From positions 17,174,001-17,238,000 of the forward strand of contig NC_043017.1 of NCBI RefSeq assembly GCF_006345805.1: 64,000 nt of DNA. Direction: 5' to 3'. Position numbers and translations under genes: made by a program. Below are positions 1-14,094 of the stretch, in pieces (within the stretch, counting starts at the first letter, position 1; every line of letters begins with the position of its first letter). This DNA comes from Octopus sinensis. Lineage: Eukaryota. A model generated the notes under the pieces. The model saw only the letters and a program-made list of their open reading frames with translations. It had not been told where the DNA came from and made no database searches.

Positions 1-1679
1 ATAGAAAGTGTTATTATTCTTATTGCTATTGTTAAATGTATCTAATTTAAGCACATGGCCAGTTATTTTGGAAAGAACAGGCTAATCGATATCAGCGCCC
101 CACAGTGCGTGACTGATAGTTTATTTTATCGACGTCGTTGATATAAAATGCAAAGACTACCCCACGCAGGATTTGAACTCAGAACACAAAGGTGCGAAAA
201 AATGTCGCAAAGTTTATTTGCTCAGCTGAATGCTTGCCGCCAACACAGATGTTTGCTGAGAAGGTGTTTGTTTTTTATTTTTGTTTTTTTTTTTGAGAAT
301 CACTGATTGAAATCTGTATTTTATTTTCTTAGTTTCTTTTACCAACAGTAAAATGATTTCGAGACATTTAAACATCCGACTCATTTCCTGGAGTGACAAA
401 AATATCCTCTAAACCTTGTTGCTGTGTTTATATTACGGAGCGGTCGTCGTTTGTTGTGTTCATTTGTGGTTGCAGCGGCAAGAGATGCTAGCAATAGTGT
501 TGCTGGTAGTCTCAATATTTAAACTACGCAGCCCGAACTTTTGCAAATATTAAGACAGACTTCAAAAACATACGACAATCAAACAAACATGGTTTTAAAA
601 ATACAGAGTGCTAATTTGAAAATCTAAAATCTGGAAGAAATGCAACTTTAGCAAAAACGGAAGCAAAAAATAGCAACAACAATTATCTTTCGCTAGCATT
701 GGAAGTGAAAGTGCGGTGAGGGATATGAACTAGCGTCAACGAAAGGATATCTTCTGCACACAGCAATAAATAAATGAATGTAGGACACATTTGTAGTAAC
801 TATCAAATCTTGAAGCATTGTTGACTGTTCATTATTTCATTGTGTTTTCGAATATTTTTGCAATATATTCTCAAGACCCTTTCTTTCTTCGGTAGTTTGT
901 ATATTTGGGGAATGTGAAACTCAGAATAACGCATCGAAAACCTACGTCTTCTTGAGATAGTATCTTACATAAAAGGGCACTTAGTTAAAAATGTCCTGGT
1001 TCCGGCAGAAAATTCTCAAATAGAAAATAAACACCAAAATAATTCTATTTCTGTCGCTTTCTCTTCCTGTGTCTCTCTTTTGCCTTCCTCTCACTCTCTT
1101 TCTCTCTCTTTCCCTCCCTAATACTTTACTTTTTCCTCCCCTCTAACTTTCTGTCTATCCTTCTCTAGTCTCCATTCCTACACGACATTTTCATTTTCCT
1201 TTGCGTTACTCCACGTCAATGTCTTGCTGCCGCGCGGCTGCTTTTGTTGTATATGTATGTTTTATTTTGTCGTGTTTCTTTTCGTCATTGTCCTGCACAT
1301 TTGTTGGTTATCACCAGTGTCTTTTTTTGCCACTGGCACCGCCACCAGGGAACAATATCAACATTAAAGGCGCAAAATTGTAAATGATCTTTCAACGTTG
1401 ACTCATGAGGACTAAGCTGCAAATTTACTATTTATGCTTTCGTAATATTTCCCTTTGTTGCATTTTTGTTAGATTTTTGATATATACACATACCTATTTA
1501 CATAAACATTCACACAAATGTACATATGTATATTATGTACACACATATACACATTATGTATTAAGTACACACATGTACGCATATATATTCATACGCATAC
1601 ACACATGCATATATACACACATAGAGATATAAACACGTGTATACATCCTTACATGTGCATATATACACATATATATATA

Positions 1680-1908
1680 TTTCTTTACTACCCACAAGGG
1701 GCTAAACACAGAGGGGACAAACAAGGGCAGACAAACGGATTAAGTCGATTACATCGAAACCAGTGCGTAACTGGTACTTAATTTATCGACCCCGAAAGGA
1801 TGAAAGGCAAAGTTGACCTCGCCGGAATTTGAACTCAGAACGTAACGGCAGACGAAATACGGCTACGCATTTCGCCCGGCGTGCTAACGTTTCTGCCAGC
1901 TCGCCGCC
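1680..1908 (-). mobile_element. tRNA-derived SINE family B
   Basis: Head GGCGGCGAGCTGGCAGAAACG, B-box GTTCAAATTCC, ~230 bp; many copies in the window. Confidence 0.9.
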
Positions 1909-2406
1909 TTTATATATATATATTATATATATGCGTGTATACAGACGCACATAATACATATATACCATGTACATACATAAGTCTGTGTATACACGTGTTT
2001 TTTGTGCGTGCGTGTTTCTCTAATTATACCTATAGGTGTTAACTTCGACAAGCGTGACTATGTTTATGTATGTGTTTGTGTGTCTGTGTCTGTGTGTGTG
2101 TGAGTGTGTGTGTGTGTATGTGTGTGTGTGTGTGTTGTGATGTGTGTGTGAAGGTGAGTAGTAGAAACGATGCCAGTCAAAGGGCAAGAAGATTTCTTAA
2201 AGAATGCCTCTGGTGGTATCGACTGCAACAATGTGGATGGCAGAGTTTACAAACAGACCGGATATTTATTTTACCAAGAATATCTCGCTTCCCATACTGG
2301 CCTCACTACCTACAAAACGTTTCTACACCTTTTCCAAATGTGTGGACAGGAACGAGGTTAGAGCTACATATACATATTCACTCATATATACGTAGATGCA
2401 TACATT

Positions 2407-2445
<39 letters not shown>

Positions 2446-2626
2446 ATATATAATAATATATATATACACTATATATATATGTATATATATATAGATAGAT
2501 ATAGAGAGAGAGAGAGATAGTGATGTACACTAATATGTGCGTGTATATATATAGGTAGATGTGCATGATATATGTAATATATTTATATATATACACACAC
2601 ACCCACCACACACACACACCACACAC

Positions 2627-2663
<37 letters not shown>

Positions 2664-2994
2664 TATTATATATATATAACACAAAAAAGGGACAAGGAAA
2701 AACAAGGAGGGCAAAAAAAAAACGGAGAAATGGTACACGAATACAAATGCAAATAGCAGGACATAAACAACAGGTGTCTTTCGACTAAGGACGAATTAAA
2801 TTAAGCAGGCGTGTGTGGAAGTGAAGCCTTACGGCAGGGACATAAGAGATGACAGGCATGGGGAGGAATATAGACGTTGCACGGATTGTAGTCGAACCAA
2901 GAAAGAAAGGTCAGGCTTGGCCGAACACCGGTCACATGGAGAGAGAGAGAGAGGGGAGATTTAAAGGCAGAGGTATCACAAAATTCGGGAGGAA

Positions 2995-3327
2995 CGAGAA
3001 AAAAGAATTCATATTTTTCCCGTCCAAATGATTTTGAAGACTGTGGAAGAAATGATAAACAGTTGAGTCAATGTCCGGCGAATATGGTGGGTGGGGAATC
3101 GTTTCCCATTCAAACTGCACCAGTCTTTCGAATGCTATCCTGATGGAAGAACACCTTTCGTCTTGAAACCAAAGATGGTCGTTTTTCTTCTAGCGCTGAC
3201 TAAATGAAGCCGATCAAGCTGCTCGCAGCAGATATCCTGTTACCGGTTTGGTTTGGGTTTAAAAGTCCCAAGTAGACTAAACCTTTCATAACCCATAAAA
3301 CAGAAACTGAAAGAAGCTTCGTATAGC

Positions 3328-3381
<54 letters not shown>

Positions 3382-4271
3382 TTGTCCCCCTAGCATTGCT
3401 TGACAACTGATGCTGGTGTGTTTACGTCCCCGTCACTTAGCGGTTCGGCAAAAGAGACCGATAGAATAAGTACTGGGCTTACAAAGAATAAGTCCCGGGG
3501 TCGATTTCCTCGACTAAAGGCGGTGCTCCAGCATGGCCGCAGTCAAATGACTGAAACAAGTAAAAGAGAGATAACAACACCTTACGTGGGTGAAGACCTT
3601 CTTTAACCTGGGGTGTTTCTCTCCTCTCTACCCACTGTCTTCGGTGCTTAACATTTTTATAGAGAACCCATTTCTCGTCACCAGTCACTACTATTCGAAC
3701 CAAAAATATTCATTCGTGATACGTGACAGCAAAGAAGAGCGCACATTCACTCTGTGCGCGCGATTAGACTCGGAAAGTTTGTGAAAAATCCATTGACCCA
3801 ATTTGCTGACTTTTCCGATGACACGCAGGTATCGATGAATGGTTTAATGACCAAATCCAAACTTGTCTGCTATTTCCCAGTTACGATGGGTTTTTGTTTC
3901 ACCAGGGTTTGCAGGAGTCCCCGTCGAGCTCTATATACCTTCTAGGACGAAACTCGTCTTCTAGCTGTAGTTTCCGACTTGGAATTTCTGGAACCACCCC
4001 AAATACTGCATTAATATTCCTCGCATTTTCCGTTGCGTTTCTTGCCTTTATTGAACTCATAAAGCAAAATATGCCGAAAATGCTCCTTTGTCACTTCCAT
4101 TATAGCTTCGAAAAAAATAACTGCTCTCTTCAAAACTTGCACTAAGAATACAGATCAAGATAAAATTACAACCCGCTTTTGTATCAAGTGGATGCAGATA
4201 GTTTATCCCGTCCCCCTCCCACTTTTAGTTCATGCAATTGAAAAAACCGCATTATTTATGGGATGACCCAA
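2995..4271 (-). pseudogene. Decayed mariner transposon (transposase pseudogene) interrupted by a SINE
   Basis: TIR-like end TTGGGTCATCCCATAAATAATGCGG next to TA at 4272. ATG at 4100 gives MEVTKEHFRHILLYEFNKG. Motifs TGDEKW (ORF 3479-3703) and HPPYSPD (ORF 2932-3120). Frameshifts and stops. Confidence 0.88.
3300..3571 (+). mobile_element. SINE family A, 5'-truncated, inserted in the mariner
   Basis: Matches the 3' two-thirds of 8071-8505; splits the transposase reading HPRKVLL / LWVMKG. Confidence 0.85.
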
Positions 4272-4281
4272 TATATATAAA

Positions 4282-4511
4282 GGCGGCGAGCTGGCGGAAA
4301 CGTTAGCACGCCGGGCGAAATGCGTAGCCGTATTTCGTCTGTCGTTACGTTCCGAGTTCAAATTCCGCCGAGGTTGACTTTGCCTTTTATCATTTCGGGG
4401 TCGATAAATTAAGTACCAGTTACGCACTGGGGTCGATGTAATCGACTTAATCTCTTTGTCTGTCCTTGTTTGTCTCCTCTGTGTTTAGCCCCTTGTGGGT
4501 AGTAAAGAAAT
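4282..4511 (+). mobile_element. SINE family B
   Basis: Near-identical to the 1680 copy; inserted at the TA end of the mariner. Confidence 0.9.
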
Positions 4512-5328
4512 ATATATGCATATGAGAGAGAGAAAGCGAAAGAAAGAGACAGACAGACAGATAGACAGAGATACACACACACACATACGCACACTCATAC
4601 TCACACACACCTGCCTGTAAGCGTAGGTGTGTATTTATAGACGGACGAAAAGCCACGAAAACAATTTTTGACTGTCAGAAATGTCAAAATCTCTTTGGCT
4701 TTAACCGACAACACACACGCGCACACACAGCACAACACACACACATACACGCACACACACACACAGCACAACACACACACACGATGTGAGTATGCACATG
4801 TTTATATATAACTACAAATATCTGTGTCTCATTCATATATATATATATATATATATATATAATGTGTGTGTGTGTGTGTGTTTGTGCATGCTCATGGGTG
4901 CATCCGTCCGCTCCAAGATTAGCTACAACCCACCAACAGATGGTTAAAACCCACCTCCACCTCACTTAAGCACGATAACAGGAGAGTGTCTTAATATCGT
5001 TAAATGTTAAAACGTAGTTTTTCGTGATTTCTTTCTTTCTTGGGTTCTCCACCCCCCCCCCTCTCTCTCGCTCTCTCTCATACACACACTCACACAATTT
5101 ATCTTTACCTCCGATGTACTTTACGAGCTGAGTTTATAAACCTGTATACGTATATAGATGCATATACACACGCCTTGACCCCTGGTGAAGTCTTCGGTAA
5201 GCCAAAACATATTTTGCACTGAATCACAATTTTGGATTCAATTTTGAATCTTGAATCTTAGGCTTCTTGTTTTGAGTTCTTTATTCTAAGTCATCTGACA
5301 ATGTGCCTTTCAAACTGACCCTTTCTGC

Positions 5329-5378
<50 letters not shown>

Positions 5379-6095
5379 TGCATTCGTGTATCTGATATCA
5401 CTCGTCGCCTCGATGAATGGAGGCACACCAGAATACGACTGCACACTATTTATTCTCAATGTGATGTTTTGCTGTATTTTCTCATGTGAGAACTCAGACT
5501 TATCCGGTATTTGCAGATCTTGTTGCACACGTTGTTATGGCAGCCACCACCACTCAGGTTGGATTAGACCACGCTGAACACTGGTCTCCTTTCTCTTTCA
5601 TAGTGGTGATCCTTGCTGCCTCAAACTAAGAGATGGTTTAATTTCTCCACCAAGTTTTAGTCGGTGCCACCAATTCCTATGTCATCAGATTTATCTTTCA
5701 GATTTTTAACCAAGTCTTTTGAGTGCCCTTAAAACAGAGCAATTGGAGGCCTTGACGCCAGACACCAAAACTAAGCTGACCATAAAAGAGGGGTTAACTA
5801 TGATGCGTTTATATTTGTATCTTACTGGTATGAGTGACATGTTGTTTCTCTGATCATGTTTTAACCGGAAACCTCAAGCTGTTGGTGTTATGACAATGAA
5901 CCTGTCTGCTCCACTTTCTGTTACCGCCTGAAGGGAGGGAGCGACGTTAGCTGATCCGTGTACTGTTGACTGAAGATATACCAGCGACCCAAATCCGTGC
6001 AAGTCTTTAAACTGCACAATGCAATAAGTATTTACTATTACAGTCTATGTGACGGTAATAATGCAAGTGTAGTTCATTTCTCAGGCAAAAATTAG

Positions 6096-6132
<37 letters not shown>

Positions 6133-6505
6133 CTGAAGACACAAAGAAGCTTGTGGATCCATAGCTATATATTGATGCTGGAAAAGAGCAGCTGAATCGC
6201 TCTCAAATCACAATATATCATTTTAAAGGGAGGGACATATTGGGGGTAACGTGACCTTTGTTGTATATGAAAAAGACTCGATAGCATGAATGTTTGAGAT
6301 CGTAGATTTGTTTGACCAACTGAAGACCTGGAGTTAAACAACACAACTTGTTTTATATTGGTCACAATCGTTAAAAACCTGTTCGGCTTCATGTGTGAAA
6401 TGAGGCATACGCTGTCAAAATAGGTAATATTTAGTTTTTTTTAAATTAGTAAATATGAAATAATCAAAGGAAAATTTTCCGACATCGAACAATTTTATGA
6501 CATTA

Positions 6506-6886
6506 CTAGCAGTATCGCCCGGCGTGCTCAGGTTTGTAAGGGAAATAACTATAAAGCAATTTTTAGAGAGTTATAGCCAAAAAATAGCAAAAAATGGAAA
6601 AAATTTGGTAAATTTTTTGAGAGTAAAAAAAGGTGGAGTTGCGTCCCCTAGACAGTTTGCGGTTTGTGTTTCTGATTCTCGACCCCATGTCGAATTTATC
6701 GATTTTTTTCAGAACTGGGGAACTTTTCAAAATTTTCGCTGCGTTAGTTTTTGAATTATGACATTGGGCTATGTGTGTGTCAAGTTTCATCAGAATCGGT
6801 GAAAAGCCGTGGTCAGGGTGAGGGTACAAGCAAACAGACACACACAGAAACACGCACAGACAAACTGCCGTTTATATAGAGAGAGA
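6506..6886 (-). mobile_element. Non-autonomous Helitron with the same 3' end and a different 5' body
   Basis: Shares about 100 bp of the CTAG end with the family; body unrelated; TC-like 5' end. Confidence 0.7.
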
Positions 6887-7577
6887 TAACACACCTGTAT
6901 TTTGTGACATACCTGTATTTGTGATACACCAGTCCCTTTTGTTAACCTCAGTATTTTGTGATACACTGGTATTTTATGACACTCTTATTTTGAGAGATAT
7001 CTGTATTTTATAACATCTCTGAAAATACACTAAGGTGACTTGAGATACAAGTTGAATAGCACAGCTGTGCGTGAGTCATTGACTTGTTAAATTTAATAAC
7101 TAAACTCTCTGACAAATCCCATGTGATAGTCTTTAAAAGAGAAACATGACATAATGGAGTCCAAGGTCGATGAAGATCGAAAGTTAAAGATTACTGGTAT
7201 ACTTCGTATGGAATGTTAAAGATAAAACTTTAAAATTTAGAATAAATATATAAGTTTACGTTGAGTAGAAGAAAATGTTGAAGGACAACGTTCCTCTGAT
7301 CGGTATATTAGCGGTTTCAAATTTTAACACAGGGCCAGTAATTTCGGGAGCGGGGTAAGTCGATTACATTGACCTCTGTACTCAACTGCTACTTATTTTA
7401 TCGACCTCGATAGGATGAAAGACAAAGTCGACTCAGAACGTAAGGACGGACGAAATGCTGCTAAGAATTTTACCCGGTGTGTGCTAACGATTCTGCCAGC
7501 TCACCACCTTAAAGAATGGGTTACGTTTTGTGTGGAAAATTTTGATTAAGAAATAAAACAGATTTTTCCACCGAGTT

Positions 7578-7633
<56 letters not shown>

Positions 7634-7741
7634 CACACACACACATATATATATATATATAATATTATATATATATACATACACACATATATATATATAT
7701 ATATATACATACACATACACACACACGTATTTATATATATG

Positions 7742-7774
<33 letters not shown>

Positions 7775-7849
7775 ACACATGCAACTTAATACACACCCAA
7801 CGTACATATTTTTATGCGCGGATGCACGTATACATACATACATACATAC

Positions 7850-7881
<32 letters not shown>

Positions 7882-8070
7882 CATACATACATACATATGT
7901 TGAACGAGATTGATGCGGAGACGTTGTGTAAGTTACACGAAAGGCTTTTAGATTCGAATCCTTTGATTTTTACGCTTATGTATCTGTTTTGTAAGATCCC
8001 TGGTGTGAAATGTTGTGCTGAAACACATTGTTATACTTAGGGTCGGTTATAATTTTGGCAAATAACCACA

Positions 8071-8232
8071 GGCGCAGGAGTGGCTGTGTGGTAAGTAGCT
8101 TGCTAACCAACCCCATGGTTCCGGGTTCAGTCCCACTGCGTGGCATCTTGGGCAAGTGTCTTCTGCTATAGCCCCGGGCCGACCAATGCCTTGTGAGTGG
8201 ATTTGGTAGACGGAAACTGAAAGAAGCCTGTC

Positions 8233-8287
<55 letters not shown>

Positions 8288-8505
8288 CGTGTATGTTTGT
8301 GTGTCTGTGTTTGTCCCCCTAGCATTGCCTGACAACCGATGCTGATGTGTTTACGTCCCCGTCACTTAGCGGTTCGGCAAAAGAGACCGATAGAATAAGT
8401 ACTGGGCTTACAAAGAATAAGTCCCGGGGTCGATTTGCTCGACTAAAGGCGGTGCTCCAGCATGGCCGCAGTCAAATGACTGAAACAAGTAAAAGAGTAA
8501 AAGAG
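8071..8505 (+). mobile_element. tRNA-derived SINE family A, full length
   Basis: A-box-like GTGGCTGTGTGG, B-box-like GGTTCAGTCCC, internal (TA)n(TG)n, (TAAAAGAG)n tail; multiple copies in the window. Confidence 0.9.
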
Positions 8506-9052
8506 ACTCTGTACTCGTTCTTCACTTCAGCTTTATTATTATTCTTATTTTAGTGCCCCTTGTCTGAAATATTTCGTCACATATCCTGCAATTCTCCATC
8601 TCACGTGTCTCCCCCTGTCCCGTTTAGTCCGTTCTGTCTTTCTATGACTAAAGATTTCAGACAATGACCACCACTAAAATAAGAACAATAATATAGCTGA
8701 AATGAAGGACGAGTATATAGCACGCGTAGTCATTTGGCAAAAAGAAAAACAACCATCTTGAAATATAACAGTTGATTTTTTATTATTGTACTAATTCAGA
8801 TAGAATGGCCTCAAGTGATCAAAGGAGGCCTAAATATTTCCACCTTGGAACCAGTTAAAAGTCTGTTCCAAATTCTCATCATTCTGACTGTGTACATTTG
8901 ACGACATGGATATGTTCTGCACCCACGAAATTTTCAGTTAGGTGAAGATGGTATATATTTTCTTCTCGTCTTCACACCGCAGTCTGATGACGAGAGGGTA
9001 AACAGATGAAAGGAATTTCGATGTCAATGTGAAACATTTCCTCTGTGTGTGC

Positions 9053-9113
<61 letters not shown>

Positions 9114-9304
9114 CATTTATATATATAATCTTTTGTTGATTATAGTCACGTGACAAGGCCATACGTTAGGACTTTTTTAAAGCCTAGTACTAATTCTATC
9201 TGTCTCTTTGCCGAACCGCTAACTTACGGTGATGTAAACAAACCAACACCTCTTCCTTTTTAATAAAATAATACTGTACCAAATATTTTCTGTTTCTAAT
9301 CTAC

Positions 9305-9342
<38 letters not shown>

Positions 9343-9431
9343 TTTATAATTACGAGAATAATTATAATTAGGGTTAGCAAAGGTTTGCTTTACAACATAC
9401 CGAACTTTAGAAATAGTTATATAGAAATGGT

Positions 9432-9464
<33 letters not shown>

Positions 9465-9752
9465 ACATAATATAAATAGAGTGTTAGATAATATCGCTTG
9501 TTACTATGTTAAGCGATGGAGAAGGTTTACTGCGGGGAAACCTCAATTTAACGATGCTATAACGAAGGGAGAAGGCATTGTTGTTTTGACAGCAGGAACT
9601 GTTGTTACAACTGCAATGTAACAACCATTTCTGACTTTTACTGTGTCATTAAAGAAGAGCGAACAAACCACTACAGCTGAGGAATACTCCAGCTGTAATA
9701 ATAGTTTAGACATCTTTCTCTTGTTAAATATACCCAATATATATACACAATA

Positions 9753-9790
<38 letters not shown>

Positions 9791-9844
9791 CACATATATA
9801 CATACACATATATATATATATACATACACATACACGCATATTTA

Positions 9845-9888
<44 letters not shown>

Positions 9889-11366
9889 GCAACTTAATAC
9901 CACCCATACATACATATTTTTATGCGCGGATGCGCGTATACATACATACATACATATACATACATACATAATATATATAAATACATACATAATATATACA
10001 TACATATATATAAATACATACATACATACATACATACATACATACATACTACCTACATACATACATACATACATACATACATACATACATCCTAATACAT
10101 ACATACATGCATGCATACATATATATTATATATATATATATATCCACAACGCTAAACTCATACATACACACACGCACACTCACCCACATATATGCACATT
10201 ATTTATTCCTTGTGTAGTCCTTACGACACGCAGATCATTTCACTCTATTACTATTGCCATCGACTTCTTTCAAAAATCAAAGACTTTTTACAATTCTTTT
10301 GCGTAATTTGTGATGTGGCCCAGTTGGAACAAGACATTTAAAAAATAATGAACTCCTCCCTAGTATCTATACTCTTTTTGGTCTTACAAGAAGTCTGAAG
10401 AATATTAAGATAATGTTTATGCCTGCCCCAAGAAAGGTAAATATAGAACCAAATATAACTGTCCAAGGACTATATTTGTTTTAGTAGGCTATTTTCTGTG
10501 TAACCTGGAATTTCCAAACAACTAGGCGACTAAGAAGGTTAGTTTTGTGACCCCGAAAAACTGAATCAGTTAAAGAAAGACGCGAAACTGTTTGAAAGCT
10601 TTGCAACTATGATGCTTGCATCATGACGTCCTTGTTAAATTCATCAGACATGGATTTTATGCAGCGCTGATTCAAAACCGAATTGCTAGTTAACTGTTGA
10701 GAAACCACGACCGAGCCACAATTGTGTCATGTGATCGGTCAATTAAGCAGCTAATCAGTTTGAAGCCGTCTTATGATTCAATCTTCTAGAATATTCTTGT
10801 GCCCTATAAAAGAGCCGTTTTTGGCGCCAACACTCTTTGCAGAATGTTGAGGTAGCTGAGTGACATATGTCTCCATTCTAGCCAGACGTTCCAGGAATAT
10901 GGCCCAGGGAGATGGCCAAAACAAACGGCTCAGATAGATGACCAAGAACCTCCGTCGCCACGAAGATAGTACAATTGTTTTCAGATAAGTTGGGGAATCC
11001 ATATGTTGCCATACCAATTGCTTTATAGAATGGTTGTATACTGTCAATTTAACGTGAACGTGACAGTAGGGGGTTACACCACCGCTGTTTAGCCCTAGGA
11101 AGCATCGACGCCTCCTGATGGCTTTTGACACATTTTTCCTGTGTCCTTATATACATCTACGAAGGGGAGTCAAAGCCATCAGGAGGCGTCGATGTTTCCT
11201 AGGGCTAAACAGCGGTGGTGTAACCCCCTACTGTCACGTTCACGTTAGATTGACAATATACAACCATTCTATCGCCCCACCACTATGAGAGATTTAGAAA
11301 TTTAAGATGACAATTGTTTTCAGATAAGTTGGGGAATCCATATTTGCCATAACCAATTGCTTTATA

Positions 11367-11648
11367 GAATGGTTGTATACTGTCAATTTAAACGGGAACG
11401 TGACAGTAGGGGGTTACACCACCGCTGTTTAGCCCAGGAAGCATCGACGCCTCCTGATGGCTTTTGACACATTTTTCCTGTGTCCTTATATACATCTACG
11501 AAGGGAGTCAAAGCCATCAGGAGGCGTCGATGTTTCCTAGGGCTAAACAGCAGTGGTGTAACCCCCTACTGTCACGTTCACGTTAGATTGACAATATACA
11601 ACCATTCTATCGCCCCACCACTATGAGAGATTTAGAAATTTAATATTT
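11367..11648. mobile_element. Asymmetric fold-back element with 14-bp TSD (copy A)
   Basis: TSD CCAATTGCTTTATA at 11353-11366 and 11649-11662. Long inverted arms plus a one-sided 3' extension. A near-identical duplicate lies at about 10963-11302. Confidence 0.7.
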
Positions 11649-12243
11649 CCAATTGCTTTATATTATCTCAGAACGTTATCTCTCTCCCAGTCTATAATTA
11701 TTGCTGTCATTGACTGTAAAAAGCCAACACAGTTTGTTATGTGCGACAATAAATTCTTCTGTTAAACGTTCGCGAGATTTGTTCAGATTCTTCTTCATGC
11801 AGCAGTAATATCTTCATTCATTGACTCAACCAACTATCACAGCAGCATGGGCGAAATGTAACAATACATCTCGTGCTGGTCTGAAAATGCATTTTGGATA
11901 AATGTACAAAGATAGCCTTGGCCTGCGTGGAGTGCGCAGTATGTGTAGACCATACAGGGTGAACAGTATTATACGTTGTTTACTATAGCTGAAAATATAG
12001 TATGCTTAAGGAACCAGACAGTCAATTTAGTTACAACACAAGGTGGCTGAACCCGGCGCTATGCTACTGGAGAGCGGAGCTGCTGTTGTTGGTGTTGGTA
12101 TGGTGGCTTATAAATTTATGTACGTCTTTCCCCAAAAGATTGAAAATAAAGTCATGAAATGAGAGTCATGTAAGGCCCCATGGTGGAAATTGTATCAACC
12201 ATGTTATAGATATATAACATGGTTATATATCCAAATTGTTTAG

Positions 12244-12377
12244 CAAGATCCAAATTATTTAGCAACAGGCAAAGAATTCTTTCACTGCATCCAGCTGGCT
12301 ACAAAAACATCTCAATTTCCAAACCGTCTCGACTTTTGTCGGTTCCTTATATCTCAATTGTCTCCCTTCGTTTAAAT
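12244..12377 (+). repeat. 134-bp direct repeat of 15084-15217
   Basis: Two mismatches in 134 bp; offset 2840 bp. Confidence 0.9.
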
Positions 12378-12612
12378 AAGGCAGCGATTATATAATTTTA
12401 AATTAGTATCACATTAGCGTCAGAACACAGGAACATCGGTTTGATCTTTTAAAATAGTCAACAAAATATAGAACCAGGGACAGATTCTCAATTTTATTCT
12501 TGTGTCTAATGTTTAGATTAAAAAATTAATTTAGGGTTTTAATGGTAATTTCTTGGTTGGTCATGTTTGGGAATCCACCCAGAAAATGTAACGATAGAAT
12601 CCTATGGAAGAA

Positions 12613-12841
12613 GGCGGCGAGCTGGCAGAATCGTTTGCACACCGGTCGAAATGCTTAGCAGTATTTCGTCTGTCTTATGTTCTGAGTTCAAATTCCGCCG
12701 AGGTCGACTTTGCCTTTCATCCTTTCGGGGTCGATTAAATAAGTACCAGTTACGCACTGGGATCGATATAATCGACTTAATCCGTTTGTCTGTCCTTGTT
12801 TGTCCCCTCTGTATGTAGCCCTTTGTGGGCAGTAAAGAAAT
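12613..12841 (+). mobile_element. SINE family B with 16-bp TSD
   Basis: TSD AGAATCCTATGGAAGA at 12596-12611 and 12843-12858. Confidence 0.93.
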
Positions 12842-13198
12842 AAGAATCCTATGGAAGAGATATCTATGGACTCTAACCAAACAACTTTCCCAAGAAACTT
12901 GGGCAAAGAAATGTGGATTAATACATGATAATTACTTGGTATTTATATTTAAATTAAATTTAAAATTATTTAAAATACAGTAATAATTTATATTTAAATT
13001 TACATTTATAATGTCATTTACATTTTTTTCTTTCTTGTTTTCTGGTCTTTTATTTCGTCTTCTGCCTACGGCTGCCTCAACTCCGTTTCCGCCACATTTC
13101 ATTAATCTGACATTCGATGACCTCACACGAAGCTATCAAAGAACTGTCAACCTACGAGAGTTTTTCACCCTGTGGAATTGTTTTAAGTGTGTATAAAT

Positions 13199-13233
<35 letters not shown>

Positions 13234-13363
13234 CGATGACCGTTGACTGAGGAAAATACAGAGAAAGAGGGAAGAAGAGAGAGAAATATGGCTTCACGTA
13301 CATATGATATTACTCTTACAAGAACCAATTTGAACAGTAAAGAGCAATAGGGTAACTACACAT

Positions 13364-13412
<49 letters not shown>

Positions 13413-13854
13413 CATGTGTCTGTATGTACTAATATACATATAATGATTTTACAAGCACTCACGCCCACCTACACGCGAAATAACAGCAAGCTCTAGAGTT
13501 TGAGCGAATATTAAAGAATAAACAAATAAAATTCAGCGTGCCGCGATATTCCTGACATTTGTCAGAAGACATTGGAAGTGACAGCAAATGTACAGAAGAA
13601 TCAACCAACACACGCACGAAGGTCATGGAGTCGGTTTGGCGAAGCTTTTCTCCAGCACCAACAACGAAGACTTTCTGATAATGCTAAAGAGAAGTAGGTG
13701 GCGAGAGAAGGCAGTAGTAAATTAGAAGAATCTTCAGAGCAGTCAAATGAATATTCCAAATAGTATTTCATTCCGTATTTTTACATCAGGGTTCAAATCT
13801 TACTGCAATCAGCCTCACCTTTCGTTCTTCATCATCAACCCAGAAGATGACTGC

Positions 13855-14045
13855 TTCGAGTCCAACGACTAATAAGGCCGGTTACTCCGTTTCCATGGCA
13901 TATAAAAGCCCGGGATCCAATGACCTCCGTTGAAGAGGAAGCCAGTTCGTCGCTGGATCATTCATTCACAGGTGAGTGGACAGGTGCAACATGTAAAGTA
14001 ATGTTTTGTGTGGACCAGGAATCGAAACCACGATTTTGCAACGTG
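13855..14045 (-). mobile_element. Old V-SINE-like fragment
   Basis: GGTTTCGATTCC B-box-like motif and degenerate CCAGCGACGAACTGGC V-like motif. Confidence 0.45.
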
Positions 14046-14094
14046 CATCTACAATGCCTCGGCCCTCTCCATTCTCCCCTACGGAGCTGAAACG

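Noticed and set aside
8071-8145. tRNA-like heads of SINE families A, B and C considered as tRNA genes
   Set aside because: A and B boxes are present but there is no complete cloverleaf, and each continues into a SINE body, often with TSDs.
9640-9692. Minus-strand ttacag| followed by hydrophobic GVFLSCSGLFALL*
   Set aside because: Too short and stops immediately; the intervening SLC16 exons are absent, so it cannot be tied to the gene.
11215-11290. Hairpin-ribozyme-like words (AGAA, GTATATT, GAAACA) and tRNA-Asp-like words in the fold-back family
   Set aside because: Motif order and helix 4 pairing do not fit a hairpin ribozyme; the closing stem is 8-9 bp and there is no T-loop, so it is not a tRNA.
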